Positions 36,449 through 46,300 of a stretch of DNA of 64,000 bases are shown here, in pieces; position 1 is the first letter of the stretch, and each line of letters begins with the position of its first letter. The position numbers were made by a program, and so were the translations under genes. This DNA is from an uncultured virus (IMG/VR IMGVR_UViG_3300043473_000258) (Duplodnaviria; Heunggongvirae; Uroviricota; Caudoviricetes), in the IMG/VR virus record IMGVR_UViG_3300043473_000258, one strand, 5' to 3'. The notes below the pieces were generated by a model, which was not told where the DNA came from, searched no databases, and saw only the letters and a list, made by a program, of their open reading frames with translations.

Positions 36449-37303
36449 ATGGGACAAGGCATCGCATCCGGTGGAATCGTGGGAGGTGCCGCACAAGGCG
36501 CCCAGATGGGTATGCAATTCGGGCCCTACGGGGCGGCGATTGGAGCGGTGCTGGGCGGTGTGCTTGGCGGCATTTTGTACAAGCCCATCGAGCCGCCGAA
36601 GCTCGCGCAGGTGAAGCTCGACGCCATCACCAAGGGCCAGGACGATTTTCTCGAGCAGGGTGAGCACCTCGGGGAGGTGAGTGACCTCATCCAGAAGGCG
36701 AACAACCTCTCAACCGAGGGCTACCACGAGGACCTCGCGAAGTTCGCGCCCAACCTTGAGAAGACGGTCGGGAGCATCGGCAAGACGGGTGCGGCACTGG
36801 CCGGTGGCAACCTGCCCGAGGGCTTTCTTTCCGGTGGTCCGGGCGGCAGGAAGCTCACGGGACTGGACCTGGGGCTCAACAGCGATGCGCTCAAAAAGAC
36901 GGGCAGCGACGTCGTCGGCGCCGGGCTCACCGCCACCGGCAAGCTCAATCCCTTCAACGCCGGGGTCACCGGCACGCTCGTCAGCCCGACCTCCCTGCAG
37001 GAAACAGCCGATTCGGCCAATTATTACAACACGGGCCTCAAGAATCAGGCGACCCTGGGCAAGAGCGCGGCCGACGCCATCAACCCCTTCGCCGTGGGCG
37101 CGGGCGTGGGCGTGGGAAGCGTGGGCAACTCGCTGCGCGACCTCTACAGCAGCATCGGCCAGAGCCCGGCCTTGGGCTCGGACGCGGCCCGGATGCAGGC
37201 TTACCAGAACGAGCTGGATTCGGGCGTCTACAGCTCCGTCGACCCGACCGAGGGCGGGGGTCTTTCCAACTCCTTCGATTACGACGCTGCTGGATGGGGA
37301 TAA
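36449..37303 (+). CDS. Putative ejection protein, paralogue of 35263
   Basis: Gly-zipper N-terminus; FLEQGEHLGEVSDLIQKAN vs FLQQGERLGDVSELVRRAN. Confidence 0.65.
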   Translation: MGQGIASGGIVGGAAQGAQMGMQFGPYGAAIGAVLGGVLGGILYKPIEPPKLAQVKLDAITKGQDDFLEQGEHLGEVSDLIQKANNLSTEGYHEDLAKFAPNLEKTVGSIGKTGAALAGGNLPEGFLSGGPGGRKLTGLDLGLNSDALKKTGSDVVGAGLTATGKLNPFNAGVTGTLVSPTSLQETADSANYYNTGLKNQATLGKSAADAINPFAVGAGVGVGSVGNSLRDLYSSIGQSPALGSDAARMQAYQNELDSGVYSSVDPTEGGGLSNSFDYDAAGWG

Positions 37304-37343
37304 ACCCCTAGACCGTTTTTCGACCCACCCCTAGATTCATTTC

Positions 37344-37907
37344 ATGGCTGCTGGAGAGCTCTCAACCAACGTCTATACCGCCCCGCAGGCGCCGGATTAT
37401 CTGGCCCATTACGCGGAGCTCATGCGGAGCATTCCCGATGCTGGACTGAAGATGGCGCAGGCGCAGGCCCAGCAGGCGCAGATTGAGAAGGCGAATGCCG
37501 AGTACGAGTTCATGAAGCAGAAGGCGAAGCAATTCACCGAGACGTACCCTGCCTTCAAGGCGCACCAGGAAGAGATGTGGCGCCTCCAGGCCGACAAGCT
37601 GCGCCGGGAGGCGGGCCTCGACCCGTACAAGATTCAGAAACTGCAGGCCGAGACTGACCTCTTGCGCGGCCGGGCCGGGCAGTACAACGAAACCGGAGGC
37701 GGCGGGAAGAGCCCGTATGCGGGCGTCAAGCGCACGGCCCTCCCCGGTGCCAGCACTGCAGCGGCTCCGCTTTTCATCAACCCGCTCGCGCCAGCGCCAC
37801 CGAAGTTCAGCATGGTCGAGGGAATTCCCCAGACGCCACCGCCGCCGCCTCCACTCGAGAGTGACGTGAAGCCCAGGCCCGGCGTCATCGAAGAGAACCC
37901 TGAATAG
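37344..37907 (+). CDS. Putative internal virion protein
   Basis: Q/A-rich helical; preceded by TAGACC-17-TAGATT-6-ATG. Confidence 0.6.
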   Translation: MAAGELSTNVYTAPQAPDYLAHYAELMRSIPDAGLKMAQAQAQQAQIEKANAEYEFMKQKAKQFTETYPAFKAHQEEMWRLQADKLRREAGLDPYKIQKLQAETDLLRGRAGQYNETGGGGKSPYAGVKRTALPGASTAAAPLFINPLAPAPPKFSMVEGIPQTPPPPPPLESDVKPRPGVIEENPE

Positions 37908-37945
37908 GACTTGATCTGTCCTTGCGGTTTTCCTACTTTGTTTTT

Positions 37946-38037
37946 TCTTAGCGGGGGTTAAGTTAGACTGTTGTTGTTAGTGCCGGGCTTGATGAAATGA
38001 GGCGATCGGGTGGCTCCCGGTCGCCTCCTTCGTTTTT
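37946..38037 (+). ncRNA. Candidate ~90-nt small RNA
   Basis: TTGATC-17-TACTTT promoter, GU-rich body, 12-bp terminator stem (37999-38027) and T-run. Confidence 0.5.
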
Positions 38038-38077
38038 GGGGCGTTGACCGATTTCGCACTCACTGTGAATTTGAATC

Positions 38078-38695
38078 GTGCCGCTCTACGATCCGCAAAA
38101 TCCGCTGTACGCCAGCCCCCCGGACTTGCGCGACATCATCGACCGGTTTGCCGAGGGTGGAATGGGCGGCTTCGACGAGGACGCGGGTGAGTACGAGGAC
38201 CCCTACCAGGGCGTGACCGAGCAGTACGCCGAGCCCCGCCATTCCAGCCACGATACCCACGACCTCGAAGACCAGACGCCCGAGAATGTCTTCAACCCGG
38301 ACGGCACCATCAAGGGCCGGGCCGCCACCTTCGCCACCGCCCAGGACCTGCGACGTTTCCAGCAGACCCGCAGCCTGGCGCAGGGAGACAACGGCCGCGG
38401 ATACTGGGGGCACAACACCGCGGGCTCGACTCCCTATGCGGCCATCCCGCGTGACCTGTTGCGCAAGGTCTACGGCCACGAGAACAGAGCCAAGGGCAAA
38501 TTCGTTGAGGTGACTGCGCCCAACGGGAACGTGGCCGTCGTGGAGATTGGCGACGTCGGCCCCATGCTGCGCGGCCGCCGCGTCAGCCGGTATCCGCGCA
38601 ACAACGCCGTCATCGAGCTTAACACCCCGGCCACGCAGCTCCTCGGCAGCGGAGACGCTTCCGGGTACTCGTACCGCTTCCTCGACCAACAATGA
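38078..38695 (+). CDS. RlpA-like double-psi-barrel protein, putative peptidoglycan lytic enzyme
   Basis: AAIP..GKFVEVTAPNGNVAVVEIGDVGP..VIEL...A..LG. Confidence 0.55.
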   Translation: MPLYDPQNPLYASPPDLRDIIDRFAEGGMGGFDEDAGEYEDPYQGVTEQYAEPRHSSHDTHDLEDQTPENVFNPDGTIKGRAATFATAQDLRRFQQTRSLAQGDNGRGYWGHNTAGSTPYAAIPRDLLRKVYGHENRAKGKFVEVTAPNGNVAVVEIGDVGPMLRGRRVSRYPRNNAVIELNTPATQLLGSGDASGYSYRFLDQQ

Positions 38696-40326
38696 CACCC
38701 GAAGAAATCCAAGCAGAAATCGCACAATGGGAGCGGGCTCGTGACGACTTGCGTGAAGAGGCCGCCCAGATTCAGGCGGTCGTGCCCACGGGCTACTATC
38801 AGCACAACCCCAAAGGGGCACGGGAATTTCGCACCGAGAATCAGAAGCGCAGCCAGTCGATTCACGACGACTTCATCCTGGTAAAGCAGCGGCTGGAGAA
38901 GCTCTACGCTGCCCGCGAAAAGGCGGCTGTGGCCGCGAAGGCGAAGGAGCCGCGCCCGATGAGCGAGGCGGAGGCGGCGAGGGATGCGGCGTCCAAGGAA
39001 AAGCGGGCCGAGGACAAGGAGACGCAGACCCCGGAAAAGAAACTCGCCGAGAGCCAGCTCGAGCAGATGAAAGCGGCTGACGCGAGGAGCGCGGCCGGGC
39101 TCGGTGCCAATCTTCCCGGCAAGGATGGGACCGTGCGGCCCCAGAACATCCGCCAACTGCTCAATGAAATGACGATGAGGCGCGACCCGGAGACCGGGGA
39201 GTACATCTTCAGCCGGGAGAACACCGAGGGCGTGCTCAACCCCGAGCAGAAGCGCAAGGCGAAGGAGCTGGAGAATGCGTTCAAGACCAGCACCTACACG
39301 CCGGAGGAGATTTTCGGCGAGGGCGTGCCGGAGCCGTCATGGAACAAGACCGGCGATGCGGTGGTTGCGCCGGGTGCCGTTGGCAATCCATTCATCGGCA
39401 ACAAGGCGAAGTTCGAGTCACTCAGGCGGCTTTACCAAGGGGCGCAGCCGCGGCCGACGCAGGACATTCGCGTGCCTGGCACCGCGGTCGACCGGGTCTA
39501 TCAGGAGAACGTCGACTCCTACGGCGGGGCGCTGCCCGGCAACCCGCTCGCCGTGGACGCGGCGTTGCCCGAGGCCAAGGAATTCGTGCGTCGGCAGCAG
39601 TCGCCCGAGATGGAGGTGCCCCTCGCGCAGCAGCGCGGCCGCATGGACATTCAGGCGAATGAGATGGGCGCCCCGGTGCGCTTCGGCTTGGGCACTGCCC
39701 CGGCCAGAACGCCAGCTCCTGGGCCGCTGGGGGGTCCAGCCCCGCTGCTCGAAGGTTCGACGCCAATCAGGCTGGGGACCGGTGGCGCGGAAGGCATCCC
39801 CACCATTGAGGACAGTCCAGCGGGTCTGGGCGTGCCGGTGCCCGCTGGGATCCGGCCATCGGGTGAGGCAGCGCCTCCCGACCTCAACCAGATTTCCCAG
39901 ATCGAAGCCGAGCCGCCCATGACCAAGGCCCAGATTGGCGCGAGGAAGGTGGCGACGATGAAGCAGTCCTCCCCTAACGCGGCGGCCATCATTGCGGCAG
40001 CCGAACGCAGTGGGATTCCCCGGACCGACCCGGCCGTGGTGAAGGCCCTGGCTGACGACAGCTTTGATGCTGACAAGGCAAAGACGCCCAGCCAGCTCGC
40101 GGCGGTCGGCGAGACGCTGGGCAACATCTGGAGCGCCACTGGTGGCCAAGGCCAGTACCTCGGAGAGAGATTTGCCAAAGAGCTTATTGATTCGCCCTCG
40201 ACTGTCATGAATGCTTGGCGGACCTATCAGCAGCAGCAGGCGCGTGAGGAGGCCGAGCAGAAGAGGGCCGACGAGGCACGCCGCGCTGCCGGGCTCGAAG
40301 TTTTCGAAGCCCCGCCAACTGTCTAA
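38692..40326 (+). CDS. Putative internal virion/ejection protein
   Basis: 544 aa, charged and Pro-rich, no Cys seen. Confidence 0.6.
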   Translation: MTPEEIQAEIAQWERARDDLREEAAQIQAVVPTGYYQHNPKGAREFRTENQKRSQSIHDDFILVKQRLEKLYAAREKAAVAAKAKEPRPMSEAEAARDAASKEKRAEDKETQTPEKKLAESQLEQMKAADARSAAGLGANLPGKDGTVRPQNIRQLLNEMTMRRDPETGEYIFSRENTEGVLNPEQKRKAKELENAFKTSTYTPEEIFGEGVPEPSWNKTGDAVVAPGAVGNPFIGNKAKFESLRRLYQGAQPRPTQDIRVPGTAVDRVYQENVDSYGGALPGNPLAVDAALPEAKEFVRRQQSPEMEVPLAQQRGRMDIQANEMGAPVRFGLGTAPARTPAPGPLGGPAPLLEGSTPIRLGTGGAEGIPTIEDSPAGLGVPVPAGIRPSGEAAPPDLNQISQIEAEPPMTKAQIGARKVATMKQSSPNAAAIIAAAERSGIPRTDPAVVKALADDSFDADKAKTPSQLAAVGETLGNIWSATGGQGQYLGERFAKELIDSPSTVMNAWRTYQQQQAREEAEQKRADEARRAAGLEVFEAPPTV

Positions 40327-40329
40327 GCC

Positions 40330-43300
40330 ATGGACGAGACCCAGCTCACGCCGGAGCAACTCGAGTATGCGGCGGACATTCCGCTTCCCGAGACGCAGGT
40401 CGGTCGTGCCGCGAACATCCTTGGCACCGCCCAGCGCAGTCTGACGAGCAGTATCGTGAGCCCATTGGCGGGCATCGCCCGGTTCACCGGGATGAAGACG
40501 TCCCCGAAGCTGACTGAGATTTTGCGTGACCAGCAGCAGCCGGGTGGGCGAATGCCAATCAACCCGGAGATGGCCCAGGATTTCTCGACGGGTCTGGCGC
40601 GAGCGGCTGGTGCGGCCCCGGCTTCGATTGCGCTGGCGACCGGTGGCTTGGTCCCACTTATTGGCGCGGGTGCGCTCGGTGGCTACGAGACCCACGGCCA
40701 GCAGATTGAAGACTACGAGCGGCGTCGGCAGGCGGGCGAGCTGGAGCCTGGCGAAGAGCCACCCTCCGGCTGGGCTGAAGTGGCCAAGGGCGCAGCCAGC
40801 AACGCAGCTTTCCTTGCCGGTGGCATGGGCGCGGGCAGGCTCGCAGCCCCCATTCTTTCCCGGCTTTCGGGCACCCCGGCGAGGGTGCTGGCTGGCTATG
40901 GTGCCACCGTGGGCGGCAATCTGGCGGGCGCGGCGGCGGCCCGGAAAATCGAGACCGGCAAATTCGGCTACGAAAACCCGGCCGCGGCAGCCGAGGACCT
41001 CTTCACGGCGGGCGTCACCTTCGGGCCCATCCCGACCAAGCACCTGCTCGAGGCTCCGGCGTCAAAGTACAAGAGCCCGGAGGCGCGGGCGCTGGAAAGG
41101 CAGGCACGCGAGGCGGAGCGGGCGGCGGCCCAGGAGGAAGCGGACAGGGCAGCTCGGGCGGCGGAGGCGCGGGACCGTGCGGCGTCGACTAGTGTGACCA
41201 GCCAAAACCCGAACCTGACGCTCTCGACGATGGCGCAGAACACCTCGCAGGTGGAGCAGATGGTCTCGCACATCATCCCTGGCACGCTGGAGGGAACGAC
41301 CGTGCCGCAGGAATGGCCATACGTGGGCACCTCCACGCCGGGCGAGCGGCACATCGTCAACCTGGCCGGTCAGAACATCGCCAGCATGATGCTCGCCGAG
41401 GGCGACATCGCTTCCTTCTCCATGCCAACGGAGCTGGGCACGAGCAAAATGGATCAGCAGGCGGCCGCCCGGCAGCACGCGCTTTACCGGATCCGTCAGA
41501 CCCTCGACACCCTGCGCAACGGGGGCGACGAGGGCAACCAGATCGCGGAACAGGCGGGGCTCTCGCGCACGCACGCCATCGCGGCTTTCGCCGAGGCCGA
41601 GCGCATCTTCAACGCGAACGAGCCGGTCAATCCCAACATGACGGTCGAGCAGCAGATTGCCACCCGGAAGGGGGCGAGCGTGCTCGGCAACCTCAACACG
41701 CTGCGCAAGCAGGAGCCCACTCCCATCGTTGAGGCCGAGATTCGCGCCGAGCTCAACAAGCCGGAAGTGCAGGCCGAGCTGGCGAAGAGCGGAGCGCCCG
41801 TGCCGCCCACCGACTTCGAGCGGCTGCAGCCCAAGTACGCGCAGGAGTGGAAGGCCCTGCTCGAAGCGCGGGACAAGGAGATTGAGGACGCCCACTGGGA
41901 TGCGCAGTCGGCGCTGGCCGCACGCTTCATGGCGGAGAAGATGGCCGGACCTGGGCCCACCCCGGAACAGCAGCAGCAAATTTGGGCAGCCCGGCAGGAG
42001 GCTCTCCGCGCTGACGCGGCCGAGAAGCTCAAGGCCAAGCTCGCGCAGGAGGAAATCGACGCCAAGGCCGCCGCCGACAAGGAGGCAGCCGACCTCGCCG
42101 CCGCCCACGAGGAGGCCGTTCCGGCTCCCGCCGCGCCCGCCCTTGTGGACAAACTCACGGGAAAGCCCGTTGCCAGAATGTCCAGACTCACGCAGGCTAC
42201 AGAACCACCACCAACTACTCCTACCAATGAAACCGGGCAGAACATCCAACAAATCCCCAATCCCCAAGGGCAGCCACCCATCGGCAATGCAGACAACGCC
42301 CCAACCGGGGTTCGGGGGGTCAGTCTCCTCGGGACCGGGGCCGAAGAAAAGCCTCTACAGCAGCCGGGGGGCAACGCCCCAGTCGGTGAAGCAGACAACG
42401 CCGGAGCCGGGGTTCGGGGGCAAGGCCAGCTCGGGCAAGGCACCGCGCAACGGCCTGTACTAACCGCCGAGGAGCAGGGCTGGGTCAAGAATCTGCAGGA
42501 GCTGATTGACCGGCTGGGCCGCAAGCCCAAGGCCAAGCAGACCAAGAAGGACAAGGCGGACATCCGCAATGCGTTTGACCGGCTGAAGCAAATCGACGAG
42601 GAGGCTGCCGCCCGTCAGGGTGGTGGCGAGCCGCCTCCCACGCCGGAGTCCGATGCGACCCTGCGTGAGCAGCAGAAGCAACTGGTCGACGGCACCCGCG
42701 ACGTGATGCTCTTCACGCCGGGGGAAACGGAGCTGCCGGTGCCGCCCGGCAAGACGCGCGTGCCGGTGACTGGCGTCGGGGTCTTCCACTACGACATGGG
42801 GAAGGTCAGCCAGGGTCAGATTTTCGAGGCTGTGATGAGCGGCAAGGTGGGCGAGCTGCTCAACCTCGGCAAGGAGACCAAGGCCGAGGCCGTGGCCGCG
42901 CCGGGGAAGTCCGTGGTGCTCACCGAGCACACGCCCGAAGGGGTGGAGGTGCGGGCGAGTGTCACCAGCGAGGGCGAGCTGGAGGCCAAGCGGGCGGAGT
43001 TCGAGAAGACCAAAACGCCCGGCAACATCATCGGCACGCGCACCGCGGACGAGGTGATTGCCGCCCGCAAGGGTGCGACCGAGCTGGACACCACCTCACC
43101 GGTCACCGGAGAAGAGTACATCGGTGGCCTTGCCCGGCCGGGGCAGAGGGGCGTGGCCCTTGGCGCCGTGGGCAACAGGGTCCGAATCAAATGGGAGGAC
43201 GGCAAGGTCACTGACGAGGAATACTATAAGGTTATGGCCAAGAAACGGCCCGAGTCTGCGCACGACTTGATGGATAAAATCGTGAGGCCCGCGCTTAAAA

Positions 43301-46300
43301 AGGGGAAGCCCATCCTCTCCTCAGTGGTCGATGCGATCCAGCCGCGCCGGGTCAAAGGCGTGGTGGAAAACGTGCCTGCTGCGTGGGTGCGCCGACTCCT
43401 TGAGATTGAGGGCTACCGTGAGCAGGGCGGCCAGTGGGTGAAGGTGGGCGAGCGCGAGGGGCCGCCAGAAAAAGGCCCGAAGGTGAGCGAGAGGCAGGCC
43501 GTCGACTATCACAACCGCACCAATAAGATGAGTGCGGAGGAGCTCGAGAAGGAGCTGGCCAATCCGCCGACCGATCGCCAGCGGTGGATGACCCTGCAGA
43601 TCGCGAAACTCTACAGCGACCTTCGCGCCCATCACCGGGAGGTGCTGGAAATGGAAAAGTCGGTCGACTACCCCGCGAAGCTGGCCAAGATGACCGACGC
43701 GGAGCTTAAAACCGAGCAGAACCGGATGGACCGCACGGGGGAGCAACGGGCTCTCATTGCGCGTGAGAGCATGGGGCGCAGCCAGGCGAGGGCGCAACCC
43801 AAGCCTGCCGCTGCGGCCGCAGTTCCGACTGCCGAGGGGGCCCGCATCGTGAAGATGCCTGACGGCCGCGAGCTGGAGGTGAAGGGCAGCGGTCACACGC
43901 TGACGTGGCGGGACCCGAGCTTCACGACCGGCCCCTATGGCGACCGTTTCGTTCTCGCCTCGCCCGGTTACCGCGAACAGATTCTGGCGGCAGAAGGCAA
44001 GCCGACCGGGCCCGCCAAGGCCATGCCTGAGAGGATGAAGGCGAGCCACGCGCCTCCGCCCGAGCCGGGCGAGCCGGACGTGGTCATCATCGGCTGCGGG
44101 AAGACCAAGTGTACCTTGGCCAGGGGCGAGGCGACCGAGGCGGGCAACCTCTACACGGGCCCCCTCTTCACCGATCGCCGCGACTTCGCGCAGGCTGGCA
44201 AGCGGCCCTGGGCCATCCTCTCCGCCTTGCATGGGCTGCTGGCGCCGGGCAAGAAGATTGAAACCTACGACAAGACCATTGATTCCCTCACGCCGGGAGA
44301 GCGCAGGGAGTGGCACGAGCAGGTGCGCAGGTGGGTGGGCGACTATTTCAACGACAACACCCAGGGCAAGACGATGGAGGTGCACGCGGGGGCCGAATAC
44401 ATCAAGGAGATGAACAAGGCGCTCGAGGGAATGGGCGTCACGATCACCACCCCGATGAAGGGCAAGGGCCTTGGCGACCAAAGGGCATACTATAAGGCTC
44501 AAGCGCAGGCTGCGGAGGCCAAGCCCGCTGCCGGGGCTCCGGCCGCAACCGGGGATGTTAAGCAGCAGGTGCGGGCCGAGATGGAAACGGCACTGGGGCA
44601 CATCGAGAAGGGCGACCTGGAGGCAGCCAAGGAGTCCATCGATCGGCTGGAGGAAATGCGCGGTGCCATCGAGAAGGCCAAGATCAACCGGAAGGTTCTG
44701 GACGACGCCATCGACAAGGTCAACAAGGCGTACAACGAGGCAGCCATTCCGACTGAAGGAGTGGTCGGGCCGCAGGGGCTCAACAGCGTGGGCCTGCCGC
44801 CCATCGAGATGATTGGCCGCAACCTGCGCAAGCGGTACGACGCCGACGTCGCGAAGGGCAGCAAGCTCGCGTTCGATGAGTGGCTCAGTGACCGGCTCGA
44901 GGGCAACGACAAGATCCTCGACACGATGGATCCCCAGTCGCCGCTCTACAAGGCGATGGAGGCGGAGAATGACGCCATCGTCAACGAAATCAACAAGCCG
45001 CACAACAAGAGCGGAAAACTCGGATTCCCGCCGACCCCGGCCACCAGGCCCGCAGAGCGGGAGGAGCAACGCGCCCGCTCGGAACCACCCGAGGCGCCCG
45101 AAAAGATCGTCGATGCGAAGCTGCAGAAGGGCAACGTGACGCCGCTCATCGAGGTGCAGGTAGGAGAGATGCCGGATGGCGAATGGAAGAGCACCTTCCA
45201 GCTCAACACTCATGAGAGCGGCTACGGCGTCCCCTGGTCCGAGGGATTCGGCAGCCGCGAGGATGCGGTGCAGCACGCAGCCAGCGAAATGCTGGACTGG
45301 GTCAAGCACATGGAGGGCCGCAAGGACCTCACCAAGGCGGGGAAAAAGCAGCTCGCCGACATGCGTGCGCAGGTGGAGCGGATGCTGAAAAAGGAAGGCG
45401 TCGAGATGGCCGAGGTCGAGGAGGCTCCAGCCGCCAAGCCCGCCGCGGTCGCCGCGGCCAGCGTGCCGGTGGAAGATCGGATGACCCAAATTCAAATCAA
45501 CCGTCTTCAGGAGACTCTGGACACCGGCAAGCGGGCCAATGGGAAGAAGATCGATGCCAGGGATCGGGCGGACATTCAAAAGGAAATCGACGGGCTCAAG
45601 ACCCGGCTCGAAGAGAAGCGGGCGGAGCGCGAGCGCAACCCGGACACGCCGGTTGAGGCCATCGGGGAGATTAAGGAGGGAGTCGCGGACAAGCCCAAGG
45701 CGTTCACCGCCGAGGTGAAGAAAATCCTCACGGCCACGCTCGAGGAGGAGCTCAAGACCGCCCCGGAAAAAGAGCGGCCCCCTTCCCGCGCATCCTACCA
45801 GCCCGGATTCAAGCCGCCCGCAGAGCCGGTGACGCCCGCAGCCAAGCCGGAGGTGATTTCGATCCACATTCCCGGCGATGGCGAATTCCGCATCACCAAG
45901 ACGAAAGAGGCAATCGAGCAGGTGCTCAAGGGCATCCGTTCGATGCCCGGCGCAGAGAGCACGGCGCCGACCGGCCCGCGCCCCGTGCCCAAGGTGGAGC
46001 TAACCGGCGAGGAGAAGCCGCGCCTCATGACGGCCGAGGAGCTGGCCGCCGAGAAGGCTGCGCCACCCGCCGCGGCAGAGAAGCCAGCGGCTCCGACTGA
46101 AGGTGGTAATAAGTTTTATGAAACCGAGCGGGCTGCTGACATCGCGGAGCTGAACAAGATCAACGCCGAGCTGGAAGGGCATTTCGCCAAGCCGCCCGGA
46201 AGCCCGCCCGGCCCTCGGGAGGAGTGGGACCATGTTCAGGCGTTGCTGCGGCGGAAGCGGGACCTCGAACACAAGCACCAGTTGGGAGACGGATACGATC

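Noticed and set aside
46119..46154. Third nested gene at the AT-rich patch in the giant ORF
   Set aside because: The alternative-frame ATG gives only 11 codons and no matching promoter was found.
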